A stretch of 61,362 bases of DNA, the filler included, from Globobulimina sp. (Eukaryota): the NCBI GenBank assembly GCA_003354225.1. It is 20 parts of 20 records of this genome, joined end to end, with 100 filler letters (N's around TTAATTAATTAA, not from the genome) between each part and the next. Parts side by side here need not be neighbours in the genome. Positions count along the whole stretch, not along the records: positions 9,227 to 12,201 come from PIVH01004172.1; positions 12,302 to 15,276 come from PIVH01004173.1; positions 15,377 to 18,351 come from PIVH01004174.1; positions 18,452 to 21,425 come from PIVH01004175.1; 16 more parts are not named here. One strand, 5' to 3'. Below, piece after piece: positions 11,541 to 21,525 of the stretch. Below the pieces are notes generated by a model. That model searched no databases. It was not told where the DNA came from and was given only the letters and a program-made list of their open reading frames with translations. Position 1 is the stretch's first letter, and the number at the start of each line of letters is the position of its first letter. Made by a program: the position numbers and the translations under genes.

Positions 11541-12201
11541 CCCCAATAAACGGTTATCCTTCTCTAAACGATCAAACAGCTTTGTTCCCGGTGGCGCTTG
11601 GAGCAGCCCGACCATAGCAGTCACGATGCCACTATTTTGTATGAAATCAATAGTTTGCTGGAAGATTGAAGGGGTGTCGCTGTCAAAGCCGACAATAAAG
11701 CCTCCCTGAACCTGTAAGCCGGCGCGCTGCAAAATCTTTACATCATTAATGAGGTCCCGATTCTTGTTTTGAACTTTTTTACATTCGGTGAGGCTGTCGT
11801 CATTCGGCGATTCGATTCCAATAAATACTGAATCGAAACCCGCCTTGACCATCAGGTCCAGAAGTTCGGCATCGTCGGCCAGGTTTATCGAAGCTTCAGT
11901 GAAAAATACACACCCCTTTTTGCCTCTGCGCCATTCGATCAGCGCCGGCAGTAACCGCGTCTTTAAGTACCGTTTGTTGCCGATAAAATTGTCGTCAACA
12001 AAAAAGATGTTACTCCGCCAACCCGCATCATATATGCGATCCAGTTCTGCGATCACCTGTTGCGCCGACTTCAGGCGGGATTTGTGGCCGAAGAGAACCG
12101 TCACATTACAGAAATCGCAATTGAATGGACATCCCCTGGAGAACTGCATGCTCATGGAAGCATATTTTTTCATATCGACCAGATCCCAAGCCGGAGTCGG
12201 G
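11535..12201 (-). CDS. Bacterial B12-binding radical SAM protein (DUF4070/HpnP-like clade), internal fragment
   Basis: PTPAWDLVDMKKY...SRGCPFNCDFC (CxxxCxxC), FFVDDNFIGN, FIGIES, GGFIVGFDSD, PGTKLF. Clearly higher GC, no introns, and the expected C-terminus is replaced by eukaryotic DNA. Confidence 0.92.
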
Positions 12202-12301
12202 NNNNNNNNNNNNNNNNNNNNNNNNNNNNNNNNNNNNNNNNNNNNTTAATTAATTAANNNNNNNNNNNNNNNNNNNNNNNNNNNNNNNNNNNNNNNNNNN
12301 N

Positions 12302-12818
12302 TTTGCGTAAATATAACTTTAACATCGTAATTATATGGCTCACTCTCATAAAAACGCAATATATCCATATGGAATGGAATAGAGGGGCCACCAACAGAAG
12401 CATTATACTTTTGCGTGCTTTTACTCTGGAAAATGTCATCCCAATTCACATCAGCTGCAGTCAACAGACATTGCGGAGTATACCACTCGTTGAACGTTGT
12501 TGCATTGTGCGTTTTGAGTTTGCTCTTTTTTAAATCGAGTGCATGCAGCCACAATGGTACATCTTTATTATCTGTTGTTGTTGAATGATAACTATTGAAT
12601 CCTAATTGTTGTAAAGCAACTTGCAATGATGATGTTCCTATTATATTGCATATATAGTACGATATTAGGTTATATATATAAAAATAGTCCAATATAATAT
12701 ATACTGTACCAGTTCTGGCAAAGCCGGAACCAATCACGAAGTTATTACCACATTTTTGCACGTCAAATGTGCGTCGAGCGTGAGAGTTATCCTTTAATAT
12801 TTTAAAAAGACGTGACAT
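12302..12818 (-). CDS. P-loop sulfotransferase-like (Sulfotransfer_4 type) protein, 3'-truncated (intron 12638-12709)
   Basis: Removing a 72-nt GT-AG intron restores VIGSGFARTG-TSSLQVALQQLGF. Downstream YNASVGGP and KVIFT match the family pattern. Confidence 0.8.
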
Positions 12819-13021
12819 TGCCAAAATAAACCAGCTTAAAACCAGCTTAAATAAATTTAAAGAAAAATTGCTGTGACTGATGAAAAACCTCTTTCGTGCA
12901 CTATACTTACTTGCGTCGTGATGGACCTTAAAATATACAGCGGAATTCTCAGGGAAGGAGGAATCAACCCCAATGCATATGATTCCAAAAAGAAACGCAA
13001 ATATCCAGTTTAGATATTCCT

Positions 13022-14075
13022 ATGATTTTTTTCTGTATTAAATCATTAGCCAAAACGCAACAGAACGGTGAGAGAGCCTTTCGCCATGACATATTCAAAG
13101 GTAAAACAATTTGGACGGGCAACAAAAAAGAAGATTTCAAATTATTTGTCGCATCATTCCATCCTCTATTTGGTCTATGCATGGCCTCCCAACACCATCC
13201 ATACACACAACGCAAGCGGTTTCTCACCTTATTGATGATGCTTTGCGTTGGCTCATTCTGGGCTGCGTTGAGTGTTGTGTTTGATTCTATGGCTAACGCT
13301 AAAAATGCCAAAATGATATATACTGATTTATTTAGAGCTAAATTGTTCATATCACTTTGCAACGGAACTATCCTAACTGTACAAGAATTTTGTTTAAGGT
13401 ACGTACGTTTTGGCCGAACCGGACTTATGTTATATTGATGTATAATATATGCATAAAAGACAAGTATTATCCTGTGCATGCCGTGAAAATATATATGGGA
13501 AGCGATGCAATTATATTTGTAAATGCGTCACAAAATGTGCAGTCTGCTTATGGTTTATTATTGCAATGACTGCATTGCTGATTTGTATTGTTTTAGTGTT
13601 GATTTATGAATGTTTTATTGAATTTTGTGTTATTTTTATATCTCAATTTATTATCAGTTGGCTTTGGCAAATTATTGGATTATATTTCAAGTTCTTGATG
13701 GGTTGGAAAAGGGATATGAAAATAATGGAGGATCTAAAGACATATCGCAATCCACTGAGAATATCAACACTTGTGAAGCGAACAAAGTTCAGATTTAAGG
13801 ATGTATTGAAGCTAAGGAAGGAAAAAAAATGTCCATATTATGTTACTTTTGAAGATTCAAATGATTGGATTGAAAGGAATGAGATGCCATTATTGTTGGC
13901 AGGGCCTACCATTAGCAATGTAATGATGGCGAATTGGAACATTGATGAGTTAGACAGTGATTTGGAAGAGTTAAGTGAGAGTGAAAATGATTTGCCTTTT
14001 GTTGAAAATGAAACTGATGTTAAAGCAGAAGGCCAGTGCCAAAATTGTGATATTAAGACAAACAATGATCGATGA
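13022..14075 (+). CDS. Multi-pass membrane protein, weakly like the polycystin-1 post-PLAT TM region (intron 13399-13459)
   Basis: HPLFGLC...HPYTQRKRFLTLL followed by TM helices. A 61-nt intron joins ORFs 13022 and 13449 in frame (LR-QVLSC). Start is uncertain. Confidence 0.55.
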
Positions 14076-14348
14076 CTTGTAAATTTCGGCTTCTTTGCTA
14101 CGGTCCGTATACATTTAACACACAACACCACAGCCTCTACATATAACGATATCGATTATTTGAGATTATCAGCAAATTATTAAACAATTTGTGCAATCAT
14201 TACAGTTTCATTTTAACATTTCTGTTTTTAAACTCAACTGCTTCATTTGCCATGATAAGATGGTCGATATTAAGACAAAGAATGATCGATGACTGATAAA
14301 TGTCGAACTATGGAACGTATATTTAACACACCACACCCTCTACATATA
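14049..14348 (+). repeat. Imperfect direct duplication of a gene 3' end and UTR
   Basis: gatattaagacaaa(c/g)aatgatcgatgact...atttaacacac...cctctacatata begins at 14049 and again at 14266. Confidence 0.8.
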
Positions 14349-14391
14349 CACACAATATCGGATCGGAAAAAGTCGAATTAGTTGGATTCCA

Positions 14392-15276
14392 TCACTTTTT
14401 TGGTGATTCTTTATATGTTAACCATTCAGCAGTATGACTTGATGCAAATTCACCATACTTTTCAACAATTTTAGGTGAACCTAAGTAATCCGATAATTGA
14501 GTCCAACAAACACTACAAAACACTTTACCAATCACCACAAATCCTAATATGATATCAAGTGATATAAAGTCAAAATAATGTGAGCTATATTGGTTTGTTC
14601 TACATTCGACATTATCTGAAGTCCCCCACAATAGTATTGATGTAACAATGCACCATATTATTAATCCGATGATATATATAAATGTCAATACTTTATCTCT
14701 TCCTTCCTTTGTCCAACATTTTAAAGTAAAATTACATACAATAATAACAACAGTAAATACAAATTTAGCCAATATATATTTACCAGATTTTGCATTACAT
14801 CCACCATAATTATCGTAATAAATGGCTAAAAATACAATTTCAACCAGCGACATGCCCCATTGATATAATGTATTCAATGTTACAGTAATAACAAAACGAT
14901 GCATAATCTGTGCAGTTATTGATATTATTCTGACAATAAAACCATGCGAATACCACCAACATCCAACACATAATAACACACAAATAACTGCCCAAACAGA
15001 TACAGATTCAAACAGTATAAAATCTATTAAAAAATCACAATTTTTTGCAGTATCATCTGTATCATATTTTGTATAACGGAATAATTGGACACTTAATATA
15101 ATATTCCATATTAACAACAATACAAATGTAACCACACCAATTGCTTTAAAACTATATTTTCCACAATTTAAAAATAAGAATCCTGCAAATAATGAACCTG
15201 TAATAATCTCACATAGTAATTTAGCTAAAATAAAATATGTCCACACTGTTTGAAATGGACAATACTTGTTATTATT
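14392..15276 (-). CDS. Multi-pass membrane protein with an internally repeated Cys-containing TM unit, 5'-truncated
   Basis: Two similar blocks: YFILAKLL...LLIWNIILSVQLF...CDFLIDFI and YILAKFV...LIIWCIVTSILLW...YFDFI. Confidence 0.6.
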   Translation of the reverse strand, partial: NNNKYCPFQTVWTYFILAKLLCEIITGSLFAGFLFLNCGKYSFKAIGVVTFVLLLIWNIILSVQLFRYTKYDTDDTAKNCDFLIDFILFESVSVWAVICVLLCVGCWWYSHGFIVRIISITAQIMHRFVITVTLNTLYQWGMSLVEIVFLAIYYDNYGGCNAKSGKYILAKFVFTVVIIVCNFTLKCWTKEGRDKVLTFIYIIGLIIWCIVTSILLWGTSDNVECRTNQYSSHYFDFISLDIILGFVVIGKVFCSVCWTQLSDYLGSPKIVEKYGEFASSHTAEWLTYKESPKK

Positions 15277-15376
15277 NNNNNNNNNNNNNNNNNNNNNNNN
15301 NNNNNNNNNNNNNNNNNNNNTTAATTAATTAANNNNNNNNNNNNNNNNNNNNNNNNNNNNNNNNNNNNNNNNNNNN

Positions 15377-16713
15377 ACACTTTGAACCTTCTCATTGGAT
15401 GATATCTTATCCGCCACTGAGCCGAATTTATCCGTCAATCCGAATTTATCATTCAATTGCTTTGCATTTGCCGATAGCCGACGCGTTAATTGATGCTTCT
15501 CATCAAATGCTTTCACACTGTTTATTATCGAGGTTGTGGTCGCATTCACCCTCTCATTCACTTTATATTTCGAGTCAAACTGCGTCCATTTTATAGACAC
15601 TTTATCAACGACATTGGCTGCTTTTTCTACCAATTTTAAATGCTTTTCATCCCATTGCCTCGCAACCAAATAAGAATCGGCGATTCTTCGCGCAACCTTA
15701 GATTTCATACCGCCTGTAAAAAAACAATTATTTTCGCAATTTTCACAGTTGCCATGTTTCAAAATGCACTAAAAAAAAACTTTCAAAGTAAAGCCACACT
15801 CAAAAGATCATGACAACCGGAGAGAAATGGCAAAGTAGCAAGTACCTGAACGCGCAATGGGTGGAAACATATCATTCACCGCATCGAAGGCACGAATGGT
15901 GGCCAAATACGTGACATCATCCAATTTAACCTCAGCTGCGGCCGGAGCCTCTAACACAGTGTCAAACTCACCGAGCGCCAATGATAATATTTGGTATCCG
16001 TCCATAAAATAAATAAATATATTCGTAGCTTGCGGGATTAAATTCTGCACCGCAGATTTCCACTTATTCCGATTATAATAATTCTGTTCCTGTACTTGAT
16101 TTTCATCTTCATTTTTTTCGTCCTGTTTCTGTTCTGCGTCATAATCGGACTTATTCCTCGTCGGTCTTATACTGATGAGCCGCGAGTATAATATCTGTTT
16201 CTGAGTGAACAATTTGGTGATGATTTGAAATAATTTCACCAATGGCTTGTCTTGCAAGAACACGAAAAATGATTTAAACTCGATCCACGAAATTGAGCCT
16301 TCATCGTTTAAACACAATTCATGCAAAACGCCGTCCAATGACTCGTCCGGAACTACCAACGGCCAGTCGGAGGCAGCGAGGATATCCAATAATAACTTGC
16401 GTACATCGGGCGGTTGCAAACGTTGGCTGTTTTTGTCCAACGTGTAATATTCAAATAAGGTCTTTGCGCTGTGTTATGGTGGAGGACGTACGCAAAAACG
16501 CAAGGTTTGCAAATAGTGCATTTTTGTTTCATTTTTGTTTAACTTTTGTTCATCGAAAGCAGATTGCAATTTTTCTTTGATGAATTTGATTGCTTCGGCT
16601 GAATTGTCTTGTTTTTGCTCCTGTGGAGGGGGTGCTTGTTCTTGGGATGCGTCGGGGACTGGTATTGGTTGCTCTGCTTGTTCTGGTTGTTGGTCTTGAG
16701 CGATTTGTGCCAT
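15377..16713 (-). CDS. EF-hand protein with a Vip1/BPA1-like C-terminal repeat region, 3'-truncated (introns 16469-16543, 15714-15845)
   Basis: Splicing joins three ORFs in frame. LCLNDEGSISWIEF is EF-hand-like. The repeats WDEKH / FDSKY / AFDEKHQLT / LNDKFGLTDK resemble the Vip1/BPA1 tail. Confidence 0.65.
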
Positions 16714-16938
16714 TTTAAAGTTGTGGGTGGAGTGTTGGTTTGTGGATTATGATGGGTTATTGTGGAAAGTGATACTTTGAGTGACAGTTTTTTCAACATA
16801 CTAACATCACTAGCTATCAGCTAATATAATGGTATTAATATTACATATATGATTATGAATCTCTATTTATAGCTCTATAATTTTACAGCTCTATTTATAG
16901 AAAGTAACACCATATCTAAATTATTTCATAAATAAAAG

Positions 16939-17862
16939 ATGTTATCCGTTGTTGTCTTATCATTATCCACAATATGCAGCACAACGCACGCAATCAGTGG
17001 TTATTATACCATTACAGATAGGAAATACACATGGTTTCAAGCTGTATCACTATGTCAACAATATGGTACTTCACTGGCAACAATAATCACTGACCAACAA
17101 CTAGAATATGCATCGACTTTAATTATTGACCACCAATCAGAATCTGCATGGATTGGTTTGCATGAATTATCACACAATCACACATTTCAATGGGTTGATA
17201 AAACGCCATGTGACTATATTCCTGCAGTCGGGGATGACAACAACGAAACTTTGTGCGTGAATGACCCACATTGGATGGAGGGGCAACCAGCTAATTATAA
17301 CAATATCGGAGAAGGTACTGACACTGAAACAGAATTATTATATGGTCAGCAGAAATGTGCGGAGCTAAATGTTCTCCGTGGCACAGACGGTTGGTGCATC
17401 AATAATTGTTTACGGAGTGATTGGTCGCATCCAGCTTGCAATGATTATTGCACTAAACCTGGCTATAACGACGAGAATTGCTTAATTGTGCAGCATATCA
17501 TATGCAATGATGATAAAAATGGCAGTGTAGCGGCTAAAATATTGAATAAATTTGAAGTGGATGGATGTAAGCCACCGGTTGATCAGGGTTTTGCTATTCC
17601 AGAAAGATGGTGTGATCCGTTGGCGGTACCGGTTGAAGATTCGACAGAAAATAATGACATATCAAATGTTACAAATGCTGCGCCTTCAAAAAAAGTGTTT
17701 GGCGCAATTGTGTTTGGTGCAATTTTTATGGCAATCGTTGTGATGGTTGTCTGCGTTTTGAGTGTTATCTGCAAACAATGTCGGCAAATGGATTCAAATG
17801 AAAAAACTGACCATGATCATGTATCATCCCCTGAATTAATAGAAGGTGGGCATGTACGCTAA
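16939..17862 (+). CDS. Type I membrane C-type lectin-like domain protein
   Basis: Signal peptide, TWFQAVSLC...LATI...AWIGL...FQWVD...W.EGQP...CAEL, and a C-terminal TM helix. Confidence 0.88.
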   Translation: MLSVVVLSLSTICSTTHAISGYYTITDRKYTWFQAVSLCQQYGTSLATIITDQQLEYASTLIIDHQSESAWIGLHELSHNHTFQWVDKTPCDYIPAVGDDNNETLCVNDPHWMEGQPANYNNIGEGTDTETELLYGQQKCAELNVLRGTDGWCINNCLRSDWSHPACNDYCTKPGYNDENCLIVQHIICNDDKNGSVAAKILNKFEVDGCKPPVDQGFAIPERWCDPLAVPVEDSTENNDISNVTNAAPSKKVFGAIVFGAIFMAIVVMVVCVLSVICKQCRQMDSNEKTDHDHVSSPELIEGGHVR

Positions 17863-17987
17863 GGCTGGCTTCATTTATTGACCTTTGTTTTTTTAAATTA
17901 ACTGTTGACCTGTATAATGAAGTATATCTTGGTCGTTCCGTGAATGATGTTTTGATTTAAAAATTCCACCCAACTGTACATCACATC

Positions 17988-18351
17988 ATGTCAGACGAAG
18001 ACGCAGATGAATTACAAACATGGATGAAATCCAATGGTGTGTGGCACAAAGGATTATACAGTATGTTGGCAGAGGAAGATGTTGAAACACTTTCTGATTT
18101 TCAATACTTACCATTGCTTGACGTAATATACATTATTGACGATGCAAAACAAACTGGATTTCAATCTGTTACAAAATTAAAAAACCTCCATGGTGGCTTC
18201 CCCAAAAATATAAAAAAAGAATCGACAAACACTGAATCAGCAGTGTTTGAAACAAAAACAGAAGAAAAAAGTAACGAAAACGCTAACAAAATAACAATAA
18301 TTGAAAACGACACAGAACAAAAAAATAATGAAAACGTTAATGATTATAAAA
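17988..18351 (+). CDS. Unknown protein N-terminus (SAM-like helical domain?), truncated
   Basis: LQTWMKSNG...LYSMLAEEDVETLSDFQYL has a SAM-like pattern. The ORF runs into the linker. Confidence 0.45.
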
Positions 18352-18451
18352 NNNNNNNNNNNNNNNNNNNNNNNNNNNNNNNNNNNNNNNNNNNNTTAAT
18401 TAATTAANNNNNNNNNNNNNNNNNNNNNNNNNNNNNNNNNNNNNNNNNNNN

Positions 18452-19404
18452 ACGTTTTTAAATAAATCAAACAATAAAATATGTGAAATTTGTGGTGGTG
18501 GCGGCATTGAACAGAAACAAAACGCTGGTCCTTATTGGAATATTCCTACTGAATATTTCAACGATGATGCGGAAGACTCACCGTTGTCTCATACTGCTCC
18601 ACAGATAAAAACGGAAAGATTGTGTTTGCAGAAACACTTTAAAAACGACAAAGTTGCGTATGATGTCTGGCTAAATAGTTGTGGCTATCTACAAAACGTT
18701 ACATTGGGTACAAAAGGTATGGATTGTTTATATTGTACAGTACGTTGAATTTAGAATAATTGAGAGCTCACACTGTGCGTTGTACAGTTAGTTATGATAT
18801 GTTATATCCATTACTATGCCAACGATTTATTGAAATCACTCATTGTTCGAGAATCCCCACAAAGATAGACTTAGAAACAATTATTTTGGAACGTTATTTG
18901 AATGACAAAAACGATGGAAAAAATGAGGTGAAAATGCATATGAAATATAGTGAGTTTTTAAAATTTTGGAGATGGTTTAATGAATGTTGTGAAATAGTAA
19001 ATGAATTGTCGTATTTATGGGATTTTAAGGATGCATATTTTAGGGATTTTAAGGATACGTATTTATGCAATTTGTTTTGTGGTCGACAGCAAAGTCAACA
19101 AATACTCGAGAAATATGATAATGGAACATTTATTATTCGGCTATCAACCTCTTGTAAAGGTGGTGTTGTTTTGAGTTATTTTGAAATGGAACACGTACAA
19201 AAAGGACAATCCAAACAAAGGAAGAAAGCAAAACATTCATTGCTTATTCGAAAAGGGCCACATAAATACCAGCAAAATGTTAATGGTATGGCAGAGTTAA
19301 AGACATTATCAGATATAATTAAATCATCTGAAAAACTTAGATTTATTTACATTATAAATAACAATATCCGCCCAAAAAATGAAGTTTTTAAAAATATTAA
19401 ATAA
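18452..19404 (+). CDS. RanBP2-type zinc finger plus STAT-type linker-SH2 domain protein, 5'-truncated (intron 18717-18787)
   Basis: An open frame from the contig start reads TFLNKSNNKICEICG. After splicing it continues to FLKFWRWF...LWD...CGRQQSQQILEKYDNGTFIIRLSTSCKGGVVLSY. Confidence 0.8.
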
Positions 19405-19540
19405 GCAAACCACATAAAAATGATAATACATTTACATCTGAAGTACTTCTTTCTTGTCTAATTTGATCGCACCAAAAAAAAACAGTATCCACAATCACAA
19501 ACAACAATATTTAGGAAAGGAAATATAAATTATATATTAA

Positions 19541-20674
19541 TTAAGCTCTATCTTTAAAAAAATCACAAAATCTTCTTGCATACATCTGTGGTGGAACGGT
19601 GCTCAAAGTAATCTGTTCATATTTTATTCCTTTAACAAATCCAGCAATTTTCTTTTTTTTATTATATTTTTGCAAAATATCGATAATTCCAATAAAATAT
19701 ATCAGTTTCTTACTATCAGACAACATTCCACCATAATATTCATAAAATATATTATTCGAATTCTGATCATCATGATCCACATTTTTATAATCATCAACAT
19801 CAACATTAGCAATACCAACAAGCAACGAATAATCCATAATTAAATGCGACGAAAACCATTGACAATCTTTATTTATTTGTTGATGAAATATTTTTCCTTT
19901 GTCATCTCTGGATATTTCAAGATGTATATCATTTTGAATAAAGTTTAAATCTTTTAATATTTCATTAAATTCCTCCTTCCTTCCTTGGGTCGAGCCCTTT
20001 AAATCATATTTTTCAGCAATTTTAATATTGGTCGGCGAATAAAACACATTATTTGAGATTAAAAACGATATGTCTTTGTTCGAATTATTTATTCTGAATT
20101 TATTCAGTTTATACACACCATAAAGTTTAGCAATTAAAGAATTTTTTTCTTCCAACATATACTCATAATATGATGGTAATATTTGTAATAAAAAGTCAAG
20201 CTCGGATTTGCTCATTGTTTTGATTATAAATTGACAGTTATTTGAGAAAAAAAAGTATTGTCCGCCTTTGGAATTGGATAAAAATGATAATAACTCATTA
20301 TTGTCACCGGTTAATATGTTTAAATATATATTGTCTGTGATATCGAAGGACTTTCGTAATCGCGAAAATATCTCAGGTGCATATTCAGTAAATATTCCAC
20401 GATGTTCCTCTTTATTATCAATATTTAATTTATGATCAAGTCTTTCTCCACATTCATATTGAACACTTTTGGAGCGACTTTGTCTGTTTCCATGTGATGA
20501 TGATAATGATCCATACAATCCATGTTGAATGGAACTGGCTAACTTAAAATCCAAATGATCGGCTGTTATTGGCACCATATCTGTTGCCGATTGGGATAAT
20601 GTATCGTCACTGTTTCCAATGGTAACAACATCGTTCTCTAGATCTTGTGGAGTAGATCCCACACAGTTACCCAT
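19541..20674 (-). CDS. Phosphatidylinositol phosphate kinase (PIP5K family), predicted N-myristoylated
   Basis: FTEYAPEIF, SKGGQYFFFS...FIIKT, YDLKGS, LKDLNF, IMDYSLLVG, YFIGIIDILQ; N-terminus MGNC. Confidence 0.95.
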   Translation of the reverse strand: MGNCVGSTPQDLENDVVTIGNSDDTLSQSATDMVPITADHLDFKLASSIQHGLYGSLSSSHGNRQSRSKSVQYECGERLDHKLNIDNKEEHRGIFTEYAPEIFSRLRKSFDITDNIYLNILTGDNNELLSFLSNSKGGQYFFFSNNCQFIIKTMSKSELDFLLQILPSYYEYMLEEKNSLIAKLYGVYKLNKFRINNSNKDISFLISNNVFYSPTNIKIAEKYDLKGSTQGRKEEFNEILKDLNFIQNDIHLEISRDDKGKIFHQQINKDCQWFSSHLIMDYSLLVGIANVDVDDYKNVDHDDQNSNNIFYEYYGGMLSDSKKLIYFIGIIDILQKYNKKKKIAGFVKGIKYEQITLSTVPPQMYARRFCDFFKDRA

Positions 20675-20899
20675 TGATATTATTGATGTAAAAGTTTTTT
20701 AGATTATTTAAACTCACATTAATTATTTGACAAAAAGTATATTTCTATGACTTATAACAAAAAGAAATAACTATTACACAATCTCCTCAGATATTTGAAA
20801 TTTATGCTGCTTATAAACTATCCCAAAACAGCCAATGTGCAAAATTACATATTAACTCCGCTAAAGCACTTATAATATATATATATATCCATGGTCACT

Positions 20900-21145
20900 A
20901 TATCCATATATTAAATCCATCATTTTTTCTTTATTAAATATCCATGGATGAACTAACGCCATTTCAGCAGTTAACCTAACCACATCTTTAGCGCCATTGG
21001 ATACATTGTCCCAATATGGTTATATGGAGAAGGCATATCATATTCACCTGCTTTAATTTGCTTATATAATTCACTTAGATTGCTCACACTCATACCCATT
21101 CTTTGATTATCGCTAATAAATGGTAAGCAACCACCCAACATAAAA
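20900..21145 (-). pseudogene. CAMK-group protein kinase C-lobe remnant
   Basis: The reverse strand reads MLGGCLPF...LYKQIKAGEYDMPSPY, frameshift, YWDNVSNGAKDVV, missing LLxxDP segment, RLTAEMALVHPWI. Confidence 0.8.
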
Positions 21146-21525
21146 TTCTAGTAGAGATCCATATTTTGCAGCTCTTTCTTTATGCTCGGTATACAACAAA
21201 AAATCACGAATGGTGTATCGACTTTATGGACGTTGCCAGATGATGAAACAGTGTATTTAGCTTTGATTTCAGTCACAGTGATGTCAGTCATTTGACAATC
21301 CAAAAAAAACAGAAAATCCGGAAATATGCACTTATTACATTTTCAGTTTTTATAACAACAAGTTGTACGAAATTTCATATACAATTCTAAATATAACTTT
21401 TCTCAAACAAAAAAGTTATATTTGANNNNNNNNNNNNNNNNNNNNNNNNNNNNNNNNNNNNNNNNNNNNTTAATTAATTAANNNNNNNNNNNNNNNNNNN
21501 NNNNNNNNNNNNNNNNNNNNNNNNN

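Noticed and set aside
11535-12201. Functional horizontal transfer of a radical SAM gene
   Set aside because: Both partners are truncated and out of frame, with no amelioration or introns. A chimera is the simpler explanation.
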